Counted from the stretch's first letter, positions 1-13,890 are shown. The stretch: DNA of 64,000 bases from Eledone cirrhosa (GCA_964016885.1 OZ024755.1:36022001-36086000); one strand, 5' to 3'. The notes: a model not told the origin generated them from the sequence alone. Numbers and translations: made by a program.

Positions 1-372
1 ATACTCGCACACATGTGTGAACACACACACGTGTGCAGACATACATACTCACATGCACATACATGCCCACACACTCAAACATGCACATGCACACACATGC
101 ATGCGCATGCAGACATGCACGTACACAGACATGCACACTCACACATACACATGCGCAGATATGTACACATGCACGCACACATGCATGCACACATGTGCAT
201 ACACACACACACTCACACATGCATGCACACACAAACATGCGCACACGTGTGCACATATGCATACACACCCACACACATACACACGTGCACACACATGCAT
301 AGACATGCATACGCACATGCAGGCACACACACATGCACACATGCATAGAAATGCATACACACACACACACAG
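1..372. repeat. Degenerate (CA)/(CATG) microsatellite
   Basis: CACA/CATG low-complexity run; H/T/M/C-rich ORFs are artefacts. Confidence 0.9.
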
Positions 373-1065
373 GTGCGCTCGCAATAATCACAATCAAATG
401 AGACATTACACAGGTGTGAATGAATGAGGTCTCTAAAGTCCGAGGAAAGAGAATAGAAAAATGAAGGAAGCAAAGAAGGAAAAAAGGAACGAAAAGAAAA
501 TAATCTGAAGGAATAATAAAGAAAGATGGAGGGAAAAAAATGTCTTGAGAAAATTAGAAAAAATGAACGAATGTAAGGAAAATATAGGAAAGAAAATATA
601 GAAGTTGAAGGAATGAGGAAAATAGATGACTGAATGAAATTGAAGAAAGAGTAAAAGAAAGAAGGTAAATGAAAGGATGACAGCTGAAATATGAGAATGA
701 ATGAAAGAATGAATGAAAGAAAGAAAAATAGATGAAAGAATAAAGTGAAAGAAGGATTTAGGTGAATGAGAACAGATAAAGGAAAGATTGACAGAAGAGA
801 CAAAGAAAGAATAAATGAATGAATGAAGTAGGGGGGAAAATAAATAATTAAATGGCAAAATAAAAGGTGAATGAATGAAAGGATGAAAATAAAAGTAAAG
901 TGATGGAAGAGAGAATTAAAGAAGGCAAGAAGAAATTGAAGGAAAGAAGAAATTGAAGGAACAAAGGAAATGTGGAATAAAATAATAATAAAAAATGCAA
1001 TAGATCAAAGTGAGGAAAATTTGAAGGAAAGAGATAGGAATGAGTTAGAGAAATTAAGAGACAGA

Positions 1066-2655
1066 ACGAGTTAGGTGGGAGATAGAGAGAATAAGAGAAA
1101 GAAAGAGTCAGGAGTGAGATAGAGAGAATAAAAGAAAGAAAGAGTTAGGAGTGAGATAGAGAGAATAAAAGAAAGAAAGAGTTAGGAGTGAGATAGAGAG
1201 AATAAGAGAAAGAAAGAGTTAGGAGTGAGATAGAGAGATTAAAAGAAAGAAATAGTTAGGAGTGAGATAGAGAGAATAAAAGAAAGAAAGAGTTAGGAAT
1301 GAGATAGAGAGAATAAAAGAAAGAAAGAGTTAGGAATGAGATAGAGAGAATAAAAGAAAGAAAGAGTTAGGAGTGAGATAGAGAGAATAAGAGAAAGAAA
1401 GAGTTAGGAGTGAGATAGAGAGAATAAAAGAAAGAAAGAGTTAGGAATGAGATAGAGAGAATAAAAGAAAGAAAGAGTTAGGAATGAGATAGAGAGAATA
1501 AAAGAAAGAAAGAGTTAGGAGTGAGATAGAGAGAATAAGAGAAAGAAAGAGTTAGGAGTGAGATAGAGAGAATAAGAGAAAGAAAGAGTTAGGAGTGAGA
1601 TAGAGAGAATAAAAGAAAGAAAGAGTTAGAAGTGAGATAGAGAGAATAAGAGAAAGAAAGAGTTAGGAATGAGATAGAGAGAATAAAAGAAAGAAAGAGT
1701 TAGGAATGAGATAGAGAGAATAAAAGAAAGAAAGAGTTAGGAGTGAGATAGAGAGAATAAAAGAAAGAAAGAGTTAGAAGTGAGATAGAGAGAATAAGAG
1801 AAAGAAAGAGTTAGGAATGAGATAGAGAGAATAAAAGAAAGAAAGAGTTAGGAATGAGATAGAGAGAATAAAAGAAAGAAAGAGTTAGGAGTGAGATAGA
1901 GAGAATAAAAGAAAGAAAGAGTTAGGAATGAGATAGAGAGAATAAAAGAAAGAAAGAGTTAGGAATGAGATAGAGAGAATAAAAGAAAGAAAGAGTTAGG
2001 AATGAGATAGAGAGAATAAAAGAAAGAAAGAGTTAGGAGTGAGATAGAGAGAATAAGAGAAAGAAAGAGTTAGGAGTGAGATAGAGAGAATAAGAGAAAG
2101 AAAGAGTTAGGAATGAGATAGAGAGAATAAAAGAAAGAAAGAGTTAGGAGTGAGATAGAGAGAATAAAAGAAAGAAAGAGTTAGGAGTGAGATAGAGAGA
2201 ATAAAAGAAAGAAAGAGTTAGGAATGAGATAGAGAGAATAAAAGAAAGAAAGAGTTAGGAGTGAGATAGAGAGAATAAGAGAAAGAAAGAGTTTGGAGTG
2301 AGATAGAGAGAATAAAAGAAAGAAAGAGTTAGGAGTGAGATAGAGAGAATAAAAGAAAGAAAGAGTTAGGAGTGAGATAGAGAGAATAAAAGAAAGAAAG
2401 AGTTAGGAGTGAGATAGAGAGAATAAAAGAAAGAAAGAGTTAGGAGTGAGATAGAGAGAATAAAAGAAAGAAAGAGTTAGGAGTGAGATAGAGAGAATAA
2501 GAGAAAGAAAGAGTTAGGAGTGAGATAGAGAGAATAAGAGAAAGAAGGAGTTGGGAGGGAGATAGAGAGAATAAGAGAAAGAAGGAGTTGGGAATGAGTT
2601 AGAGAGAATAAGAGAAAGAAGGAGTTGGGAATGAGTTAGAGAGAATAAGAGAAAG
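1066..2655 (+). repeat. 37-bp purine-rich minisatellite, ~43 copies
   Basis: Unit GAGTTAGGAGTGAGATAGAGAGAATAAAAGAAAGAAA; period 37 (1141 to 1178); preceded by GA-rich low-complexity DNA 430-1060. Confidence 0.95.
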
Positions 2656-2754
2656 GAAGGAGATGGAACACTATGGAAGGGAAGAAAGAAGAAAAGGGGC
2701 TTCATTTGGACAGTGTTGTCATGGTAGCAGTGGAGTGGAAGGGTGTGTAGGGGA

Positions 2755-3240
2755 GGGGATGTATATTATATTGTGGGAGGGGGCAAGTGGGGGCTGAGAG
2801 GTGTATATCGTGTGGGGGGATATTATAGTGGGGAGGGGCGAGTGGGGGCTGAGAGGTGTATATAGTGTGGGGGGATATTATAGTGGGGAGGGGCGAGTGG
2901 GGCTGAGAGGTGTATATAGTGTGGGGGGGATATTATAGTGGGGAGGGGCGAGTGGGTGCTGAGAGGTGTATATCGTGTGGGGGGGATATTATAGTGGGGA
3001 GGGGCGAGTGGGGGCTGAGAGGTGTATATAGTGTGGGAGGTGTATATTATAGTGGGGAGGGGCGAGTGGGGGCTGAGAGGTGTATATAGTGTGGGGGAGG
3101 TGTATATTATAGTGGGGAGGGGTGAGTGGGGGCTGAGAGGTGTATATAGTGTGGGGGAGGTGTATATTATAGTGGGAAGGGGTGAGTGGGGGCTGAGAGG
3201 TGTATATAGTGTGGGGGAGGTGTATATTATAGTGTGGGGG
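2755..3240 (+). repeat. ~57-60-bp G-rich minisatellite, ~8 copies
   Basis: Unit GTGTATATTATAGTGGGGAGGGGCGAGTGGGGGCTGAGAGGTGTATATAGTGTGGGGGAG. Confidence 0.9.
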
Positions 3241-3315
3241 ACTTAAAAAGTATAAAATTAAAAAGAAATATAAAAAATTAATACAATAAAGAAAAATAGG
3301 AAATACCTGCACCAA

Positions 3316-6155
3316 TGGTGGTGGTGGTGGTGGTGGTGTGGTGGTGGTGGTGGTGATGTTGGTGGTGGTGATGGTGGTGGTGGTGGGTGGTGGTGATGGC
3401 AGTTGTGTTGTGTGGTGGTGATGGCAGTTGTGTTGTGTGGTGGTGGTGATGGCAGTTGTGTTGTGTGGTGGTGGTGGCAGTTGTGTTGTGTGGTGGTGAT
3501 GGCAGTTGTGTTGTGTGGTGGTGGTGGCAGTTGTGTTGTGTGGTGGTGGTGATGGCAGTTGTGTTGTGTGGTGGTGGTGATGGCAGTTGTGTTGTGTGGT
3601 GGTGGTGATGGCAGTTGTGTTGTGTGGTGGTGGAGATGGCAGTTGTGTTGTGTGGTGGTGGTGATGGCAGTTGTGTTGTGTGGTGGTGGTGATGGCAGTT
3701 GTGTTGTGTGGTGGTGGTGATGGCAGTTGTGTTGTGTGGTGGTGGTGATGGCAGTTGTGTTGTGTGGTGGTGGAGATGGCAGTTGTGTTGTGTGGTGGTG
3801 GTGATGGCAGTTGTGTTGTGTGGTGGTGGTGATGGCAGTTGTGTTGTGTGGTGGTGGTGATGGCAGTTGTGTTGTGTGATGGTGATGGCAGTTGTGTTGT
3901 GTGGTGGTGATGGCAGTTGTGTTGTGTGGTGGTGGTGGTGATGGGAGTTGTGTTGTGTGATGGTGATGGCAGTTGTGTTGTGTGATGGTGGTGGCAGTTG
4001 TGTTGTGTGGTGGTGGTGGCAGTTGTGTTGTGTGGTGGTGATGGCAGTTGTGTTGTGTAGTGGTGATGGCAGTTGTGTTGTGTGATGGTGGTGGCAGTTG
4101 TGTTGTGTAGTGGTGGTGGCAGTTGTGTTGTGTGGTGGTGGTGGCAGTTGTGTTGTGTGGTGGTGGTGGCAGTTGTGTTGTGTGGTGGTGGTGGCAGTTG
4201 TGTTGTGTGGTGGTGGTGATGGCAGTTGTGTTGTGTGGTGGTGGTGGTGATGGCAGTTGTGTTGTGTGGTGGTGATGGCAGTTGTGTTGTGGTGATGGCA
4301 GTGGTGGTGATGGCAGTTGTGTGGTGGTGGTGGCAGTTGTGTTGTGTGGTGGTGGTGATGGCAGTTGTGTTGTGTGGTGGTCGTGATGGCAGTTGTGTTG
4401 TGTGGTGGTGATGATGGCAGTTGTGTTGTGTGATGGTGATGGCAGTTGTGTTGTGTGGTGGTGGTGGCAGTTGTGTTGTGTGGTGGTGGTGGCAGTTGTG
4501 TTGTGTGGTGGTGGTGGTGATGGCAGTTGTGTTGTGTGGTGGTGGTGATGGCAGTTGTGTTGTGTGGTGGTGGTGATGGCAGTTGTGTTGTGTGGTGGTG
4601 GTGGTGATGGCAGTTGTGTTGTGTGGTGGTGATGGCAGTTGTGTTGTGGTGATGGCAGTGGTGGTGATGGCAGTTGTGTGGTGGTGATGGCAGTTGTGTT
4701 GTGTGGTGGTGGTGATGGCAGTTGTGTTGTGTGGTGGTGGTGATGGCAGTTGTGTTGTGTGGTGGTGATGATGGCAGTTGTGTTGTGTGATGGTGATGGC
4801 AGTTGTGTTGTGTGGTGGTGGTGATGGCAGTTGGGTTGTGTGGTGGTGGTGGTGGCAGTTGTGTTGTGTTGTGGTGGTGATGGCAGTTGTGTTGTGTGGT
4901 GGTGATGGCAGTTGGGTTGTGTGGTGGTGGTGATGGCAGTTGTGTTGTGTGGTGGTGATGGCAGTTGGGTTGTGTGGTGGTGGTGGCAGTTGTGTTGTGT
5001 AGTGGTGGTGATGACAGTTGTGTTGTGTGGTGGTGGTGATGGCAGTTGTGTTGTGTGGTGGTGGTGGCAGTTGTGTTGTGTGGTGGTGATGGCAGTTGCG
5101 TTGTGTAGTGGTGATGGCAGTTGTGTTGTGTGGTGGTGGTGGCAGTTGTGTTGTGTGGTGGTGGTGAAGGCAGTTGTGTTGTGTGATGGTGATGGCAGTT
5201 GTGTTGTGTGGTGGTGGTGATGGCAGTTGTGTTGTGTGGTGGTGGTGATGACAGTTGTGTTGTGTGGTGGTGGTGATGGCAGTTGTGTTGTGTGGTGGTG
5301 GTGATGGCAGTTGTGTTGTGTGGTGGTGGTGATGGCAGTTGTGTTGTGTAGTGGTGGTGATGGCAGTTGTGTTGTGTAGTGGTGATGGCAGTTGTGTTGT
5401 GTGGTGGTGATGGCAGTTGTGTTGTGTGGTGGTGGTGATGGCAGTTGTGTTGTGTTGTGGTGATGGCAGTTGTGTTGTGTGGTGGTGGTGATGGCAGTTG
5501 TGTTGTGTTGTGGTGATGGCAGTTGTGTTGTGTGGTGATGGCAGTTGTGTTGTGTGGTGATGGCAGTTGTGTTGTGTGGTGATGGCAGTTGTGTTGTGTA
5601 GTGGTGATGGCAGTTGTGTTATGTGGTGGAGATGGCAGTTGTGTTGTGTGGTGGTGATGGCAGTTGTGTTGTGGTGATGGCAGTTGTGTTGTGTGGTGGT
5701 GGTGATGGCAGTTGTGTGGTGGTGATGGCAGTTGTGTTGTGTGGTGGAGATGGCAGTTGTGTTGTGTGGTGGTGATGGCAGTTGTGTTGTGTAGTGGTGA
5801 TGGCAATTGTGTTGTGTAGTGGTGGTGGCAGTTGTGTTGTGTAGTGGTGGTGGTGATGGCAGCAGTTGTGTTGTTGTTGTTGCATTGGTGGTGGTAGTTG
5901 TGTAGTGGTGGTGGCAGTGCTAGTTGTGTGATGGTGGTGGTGGTGCTAGTTGTGTGGTAATTGTGTACAGGTGGTGGTGGTGCTAGTTGTGTGGTAATTG
6001 TGTACAGGTGGTGGTGGTGCTAGTTGTGTGGTAATTGTGTAGTGGTGCTGGTGGTGCTAGTTGTGTGGTGGTGGTGGTGCTAGTTGTGTAGTAATTGTGT
6101 GATGGTGGGGTGTGCTAGTTGTGTAGTAATTGTGTAGTGGTGGTGGTGGTAGTGG
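3316..6155 (+). repeat. (GGT)n-based minisatellite, ~23-32-bp variable unit
   Basis: Repeats of (GTG)nATGGCAGTTGTGTTGT, with a variant unit at 5900-6155. Confidence 0.95.
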
Positions 6156-6459
6156 TTGCCATATAAAGTAGAGGGACTGGAAAAGAGAGGGAAAGAAAAG
6201 CCAGGGATGATTGTTAAAGAAGGCGGGACAAGTTTATTTGCCATGGAAAACACTTGCGGGGAGGGGGGGAGGGGGGGGGGGTATTTTAAAGGGAAAGGAA
6301 GCTGTAGCGGAGCTATGTTTCACCACTTGGTGGAGCCATAACGATGGAGGAGACATTCTATATGAGAGGAAAGGATTATTTAACAGAGTTCTTTCATTTT
6401 ATAGATATTTGTTTTTGTTTTGTGTTGTTTTACAAAATAGAGAAGAAAGGGATCCTCAT

Positions 6460-7395
<936 letters not shown>

Positions 7396-7717
7396 TTCAT
7401 TTTATTTTATTTTTTATGTGATTTTGATTTTTCCTTCCCTTTTAAAGTGTTCTATATTTTTTAATGTAGCCCCATCCCCACCACACCCACCACTTGTTTG
7501 TTTTATCTTTTTATCCCTGCCCACCCTACCATTGCCAGCCCCCACTGCCCTACACCATAAAAACCAGTCAATATACCTGCCTTATTCCTCTTCCTGCTAA
7601 TGTATGCCTACTGCTCATCTTCCAAAGCCTATTACTAAACTTATTGCCCAATCTTTTGCCCCCTAAACTACTAGAATCTCTCTCCCTCTCTCTCAAGAGC
7701 AGATACATTAATCACCC

Positions 7718-8567
7718 TAACCCCCACCCAGTTATTCCTTCCCCTGTAGTCATGTAACCCCCACCCAGTTATTCCTTCCCCTGTAGTCATGTAACCCCCA
7801 CCCAGTTATTCCTTACCCTGTAGTCATGTAACCCCCACCCAGTTATTCCTTCGCCTGTAGTCATGTAACCCCCACCCAGTTATTCCTTACCATGTAGTCA
7901 TGTAACCCCCACCCAGTTATACCTTACCATGTAGTCATGTAACCCCCACCCAGTTATTCCTTACCATGTAGTCATGTAACCCCCACCCAGTTATTCCTTA
8001 CCCTGTAGTCATGCAACCCCCACCCAGTTATTCCTTACCCTGTAGTCATGTAACCCCCACCCAGTTATTGCATACCCTGTAGTCATGCAACCCCCACCCA
8101 GTTATTCCTTACCATGTAGTCATGTAACCCCCACCCAGTTATTCCTTACCATGTAGTCATGTAACCCCCACCCAGTTATACCTTACCCTGTAGTCATGTA
8201 ACCCCCACCCAGTTATTCCTTCCCATGTAGTCATGTAACCCCCACCCAGTTATTCCTTCCCATGTAGTCATGTAACCCCACCCAGTTATTCCATACCATG
8301 TAGTCATGTAACCCCCACCCAGTTATTCTATAACATGTAGTCATGTAACCCCCACCCAGTTATTCCATAACATGTAGTCATGTAACCCCCACCCAGTTAT
8401 TCCTTCCCATGTAGTCATGTAACCCCCACCCAGTTATTCCATACCATGTAGTCATGTAACCCCCACCCAGTTATTCCATACCATATAGTCATGTAACCCC
8501 CACCCAGTTATTCCTTACCATGTAGTCATGTAACCCCCACCCAGTTATTCCTTACCATGTAGTCATG
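7718..8567 (+). repeat. 37-bp minisatellite, ~23 copies
   Basis: Unit AACCCCCACCCAGTTATTCCTTACCATGTAGTCATGT; period 37. Confidence 0.95.
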
Positions 8568-8854
8568 CGGGCCACATGAAGGTCACATTCCCAACTCCTC
8601 CTCTACAGATTGCAAAATAAAAAGATTAACAAACAAATGCCAGATAGCTCTACAAGTTTTTCACAATATTTGAAGCAAAATTGTTGGAACAATTCTTTTA
8701 TTATCAAATGGATTTCCTCATGTTTCCTGTTCCAAGAACATTTTGGTTAATAGCAAGCACTCAATAAACAAAACGGGTGTAGCAAGTATTTTGCTGCTTG
8801 CTTTATTGTGGGGAATACCCAATAAATGTGTTATTTAACTCATGCAAAATATAT

Positions 8855-9190
8855 ATGGCTTAGTGGTTAGAGCATTGGCCTTGCAATCGAAAGGTTGTGA
8901 GTTCAATTCTCAGACCGGATGATGTGTTGTTTCCTTGAGCAAGACACTTTATTTCACATTGCTCCAGTTTACTCAACTGTAGAAATGAGATGATAGGGAC
9001 TGGGGCTCCTATCATTCCACTGCAAAGTGGTCGTGGAGGTGCCACGGCAAAAAAGCACCCAGCACTCACTGTAAATGAGGTTGGTGTTAGGAAGGGCATC
9101 CAGCTGTAGAAATCAAGCCAGAATCAGTTCCCGTCCCACCCTTGCAAGCAGGGAAAAAGCAGACGTAAAATGAAATGATGATGATGATGA
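8855..9190 (+). mobile_element. tRNA-derived CORE-like SINE with RTE-type 3' tail (family A)
   Basis: A box TGGCTTAGTGG, B box GAGTTCAATTC; MIR/CORE-like CCTTGAGCAAGACACTT...CAGTTTACTCAACTGTAGAAATG; (ATG)n tail; near-identical copies elsewhere in the window. Confidence 0.85.
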
Positions 9191-9406
9191 TTTCGTTTCT
9201 GAATTTGTTTAGCAAGATTCTTTATCTGAAAACGTGTGTTGAAACCGATATTGTTATACTTTGGGAGGGTCATGTTGCCAATAAGAAACACACACACACC
9301 AGTTGCTTTCACTCCAATTTATTATAAATTAAATTTATAAATTTAAGAAATTTGTAAATTTCCAGTTGGTTGGTTGGTACCACAACCAGACGGTTGTTCA
9401 TATATT

Positions 9407-9449
9407 GTCAAAGTTCTTTCGTCACACATTCTGTGACCTCTTCAGTGAC
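9407..9449 (-). ncRNA. Candidate minimal type I hammerhead ribozyme
   Basis: Minus strand reads GUCA CUGAAGA G GUCACA gaaug UGUGAC GAAA G AA C UU UGAC; identical copy at 35219-35261. Confidence 0.55.
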
Positions 9450-9589
9450 TGGGGATTCTTTGTTCTGTCCTATGCCATCTTGTTTTTGTGTGTGTTGTCA
9501 CAACACACACACAAACAAGATGGCATAGGACAGAACAAAGGAGAGGCACAAAACAAAGAAAAGAATCCCATTTATTGGCCAAAATTTTC

Positions 9590-9895
9590 ACTATAGGGGG
9601 TTTAACCCCCATTAGGGTGTCTTAATATTATTGAAATTTGCTGAAATTTTGTAAATAGGCATCACATCTTCTCACTTACCTATCGTTTAAATTTCATATA
9701 AATCAAAGGCAAAACATTTTCAGAGGGGGTTTGAGCCCCCGGGGCACCCTTTGATTAAAATGAAATATACGTAAGAAATCAAATGGGCATGAGCCCCACA
9801 CACATGTCAAGTTTCATCAAGATCGGTTTGGCAGGTTTTGAGTTTTAGGTTCACAAACAAACAAACAAACAAACAGACAGAAATTGCCATTTATG
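9590..9895 (+). mobile_element. Lep1-like non-autonomous Helitron/Helentron 3' portion
   Basis: TGTCAAGTTTCATCAAGATCGG...(ACAA)n ACAGACAGA end pattern typical of this class; no coding evidence. Confidence 0.45.
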
Positions 9896-10362
9896 TGTGT
9901 GTATATATATATATTTATGTGTATCATATATATATATATATATATATTGTTATACTTTGGGAGGGTCATGTTGCCAATAAGAAACACACGCACCAGTTGC
10001 TTTCACTTCAATTTATTATCCTATATATATATATAGGATAACAAGGTATCATTTAAGGTAATCCAGCTAGAGGTTGGGAGTACTCTGTCTTGGGGATAGT
10101 TTTAAAGTACGGCGTTGTTTGACTCAACAAGAAGTTTCCTTAGTTGGTTGGCCGGTTTAAGAAAGTTCCTAGGCAGGTGGTTCTTGGAGTAATAATAGTG
10201 AACGAATGAAGAATAACATGGCTGGTTGTACAATAGGGTTTATTTAAAGTATTAACAATTGTTTCTAAAGAAATGGACTAATGAAACAATTGTTAATACT
10301 GTAAATAAACCCGATTGTACAACTGATCATGTTATTCTTCATTCTTTAACTATTTATATATA

Positions 10363-10527
10363 TCATCATCATTTTACGTCCGCTTTTCCCTGCTTGCAAG
10401 GGTGGGATGGGTCCTATTCAGCACAGCACCTCTCCACTTGTCACGGTCCTTCGTCATCTCCACCGTGAGCATCAGCGATCTGAAGTCTGCTCTCACCACC
10501 TCCACCCATGTTTTTCGTAGTCTACCT

Positions 10528-10530
<3 letters not shown>
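10363..10530 (-). mobile_element. RTE LINE 3' end fragment
   Basis: Reverse complement resembles the ORF2 C-terminus and CCCACCCTTGCAAGCAGGG...(ATG)n tail seen at 42500-42672. Confidence 0.7.
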
Positions 10531-10563
<33 letters not shown>

Positions 10564-10942
10564 ATTCACAAGAATCAAAGCTATGTTCAAAGCATTTATT
10601 CACTTACAACTGTTTCATCCAAACCTAGGTTTACTGACCTTCACTGTTTAGGGTTTAAAATATATATAACTATAAAAAGTTTTAGTATATACATAACCAT
10701 AAATAGTATCCTTAATATTATATATATATACAATATATAGAGGGGAAAAACACAGAAGAGTGTGTTTTCCTTAACAGGAATTTCAAACCACCAGCGTGAA
10801 GAGAATATAAGCTAATAGAGGCATAGGAAAAACATTAAAATTAAAAGTATAAATTAAAATGAGAAACCAACCTCACACCTAGATCACACATGTACAAACT
10901 CACCAGGAGATTGTTTCGCCATTTAAGTGGGTTCCTATATAT

Positions 10943-11291
10943 ATCATCATCATCATCATCATCATCATTTTACGTCCGCTTTTCCCTGCTTGCAAGGGTG
11001 GGACGGGAACAGATTCTGGCTTGATTTTCTACAGCTGGATGCCCTTCCTAACACCAACCTCATTTACAGTGAGTGCTGGGTGCTTTTTTGCCGTGGCACC
11101 TCCATGACCACTTTACAGTGGAATGATAGGGACCCCAGTCCCTATCATCTCATTTCTACAGCTGAGTAAACTGGAGCAATGTGAAATAAAGTGTCTTGCT
11201 CAAGGAAACAACACATCACCCGGTCTGAGAATTGAACTCACAACCTTTCGATTGCAAGGCCAATGCTCTAACCACTAAGCCATGTGCCTCC
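10943..11291 (-). mobile_element. SINE family A copy
   Basis: Reverse complement of 8855-9190. Confidence 0.85.
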
Positions 11292-11533
<242 letters not shown>

Positions 11534-11659
11534 TTCCTGCTCCTGCAGCAGGGTAAAACCCAGTATATATATCGAGTCAAGGTACGGCTGGCTATCCTAC
11601 ATTGAAACGTTTGTAGAATAAAATCTTGTTACAAGTCTAAGCTGGTTATTCGACAACAG

Positions 11660-12615
11660 TTGTTTAAAAAAGTGCAGAGCAATGAAAATTGATGGAAGCT
11701 ACGGAGTGGGTAGACTTAGAAAAACTTGGGACGAGGTAATAAAAACTGACCTTGCTCACTTACACCTCTCTAAGACAATGTCACTGGATGGAGATCTTTG
11801 GCGCTATGCAGTTGTACAGAAGACCTGCCTTCCCTTGCATACAAACCTACAGTCAGTAGGGACCTCTTAACTCAATGTACACCTCACCCCACACACCGTA
11901 CCCCACCCTCCCATTTCCGTCCACTGTGTCGGTGACACAACAAAAAGCACCCAGTCCACACTGTAAAGTGGGCGTGTGGGAGACACGATAAAAAGGCTCT
12001 CAGTCCACACTGTAAAGTGGGCGTGTGGGAGACACGATAAAAAGGCTCTCAGTCCACACTGTAAAGTGGGCGTGTGGGAGACACGATAAAAAGGCTCTCA
12101 GTCCACATTGTAAAGTGGGCGTGTGGGAGACACGATAAAAAGGCTCTCAGTCCACATTGTAAAGTGGGCGTGTGGGAGACACGATAAAAAGGCTCTCAGT
12201 CCACATTGTAAAGTGGGCGTGTGGGAGACACGATAAAAAGGCTCTCAGTCCACATTGTAAAGTGGGCGTGTGGGAGACACGATAAAAAGGCTCTCAGTCC
12301 ACATTGTAAAGTGGGCGTGTAGGAGACACGATAAAAAGGCTCTCAGTCCACACTGTAAAGTGGTCATGTAGGAGACACGGTAAAAAGATTCCCAGTCCAC
12401 ACTGTAAAGTGGTTGTGTAGGAGACATGGTAAAAAGGCTCCCAGTCCACACTGTAAATGTGGTGGGTGTTAGGAAGGGCATCCAACTGTAGAAAACCTGC
12501 CAGAGACACTTCCATATGAGGAAGACACAGTCTCTCAACCATTCCCGCATCAAGTGGAACAAAACCGTCTAATCCATGCTAGCGTGGAAGATGGACGTTA
12601 AATGATGATGATGAT
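11660..12615 (+). mobile_element. RTE LINE 3' end (ORF2 C-terminus plus 3' UTR) with an internal 49-bp tandem array
   Basis: Translates KIDGSYGVGRLRKTWDEVIKTDL...DLWRYAV; ~10 x 49-bp unit at 11950-12460; (ATG)n tail. Confidence 0.8.
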
Positions 12616-13128
12616 ATATATATATATATAAATAATTAAATAGGGAGACACATATCAGGCTTTCTTTACAAACAGCTAGTGAATTTGAAAATTAGGTGGT
12701 AGCATGTGTTTATGCTGTATTTGACCAAATAGAATTAGTCAGTCAGTTGGGATTTAAAAAAAAAAAACCCTGACTGGAAAAAAGGCTAAGTATTGATGGA
12801 CCAATGTGTTACCATAGTAATACAGTGGTCCATCAATACTCGGTAACACATTGGTCCGGCAAGCCAAAGATGTGGGTTTGTGTCCCATGTATGTCAACAC
12901 TGTGTTACACTCACACTATATAACAATGGATATGATTTAGTGCAGTAATTGCATCTCTCATGTAAATATATTCAGGACTTGGTCTGGTGTCTGTTAATAT
13001 CTGTATAATGTTAAAATAACTAGCCGTGTCCGTGTCGGCTAGAAAACAATAATCATAAAATCCCTTGAAATTACAGATATTTAGATATGAATATAATATA
13101 TATATTTTTTCCTTCAGAGGTTTTTCTT

Positions 13129-13309
13129 TTAACCCTTTAGCATTTAAACCGGCTGTATCTGGCCACTCATACCAATGTTAAGGTATTGTTCTCAAAATAA
13201 ATAACATCAAAATCTAATAGATTCGTTGTTATGTGAGATAATTATGTGAGGTAAAGCCTTTACCATGAAAATATAATAGTATAGAGTAATGTAAATACTA
13301 AAGGGTTAA
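13129..13309 (+). mobile_element. piggyBac-like MITE
   Basis: TTAA-CCCTTTAGCATTTA...TAAATACTAAAGGG-TTAA; related copies at ~24099-24283, 24954-25181 and 56832-57257; partial copy at ~22424-22530. Confidence 0.75.
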
Positions 13310-13699
13310 ATCCCAACTAACAGACTAATTCTATTTAGTCAAATACAGCGTAAGCACATGTTACTACCTAATATATATAATTTCTTTGATTTAGTTATCC
13401 ATGCTCAATTTATTTACCATGTAATTATAACTACGTTATATCCCCATATTTATAATTAGAGTAGATCATCTCCTTAGTACTAATACAATTTAGTGAAATT
13501 TCTGAAGTCACTGAACATTTATATTTGATTATTGATATATGGAATTACTGTTACATGTTTCCATCATTTTTAATGTTCTTTCAATATATTTTAAAAGTAA
13601 TCTTTTCACAACTTCATTTACGAAGTGATATAATATGCCTTTGGATTCCCATTAGTAGAACTCCAACTCTATTTTAGTGCACGTTATCTTTTTTGTAAT

Positions 13700-13890
13700 A
13701 ATTGTTTCTATAATAGGCACAAGGCCAGCAATTATCCCAGTGCATTACTGGTACTTTACTTTATCGACCCCGTAAGGATGAAAGGCAAAGTTAACCTCGG
13801 CGGGATTTGAACTCAGATCGTAAAGGGACGTAACTCTGTGCTGCAAAGCATGGCGTCCGACCCTCTACCGATACTGCCAATCCACCGCCT
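13700..13890 (-). mobile_element. tRNA-like SINE family B
   Basis: Minus strand GGCGGTGGATTGGCAGTATCGG...GAGTTCAAATCCCGCCGAGGTTAACTTTGCCTTTCATCC...; many copies in the window. Confidence 0.8.

Noticed and set aside
3278-5806. 842-aa His/Thr-rich ORF and the other long low-complexity ORFs (YI, HT, VM, GS, LP repeats)
   Set aside because: They are translations of stop-free microsatellites and minisatellites, with no coding signal
8855-8925. tRNA gene
   Set aside because: A and B boxes are present, but the acceptor stem is poor and the sequence continues into a SINE body; the same applies to the heads at 51502-52200
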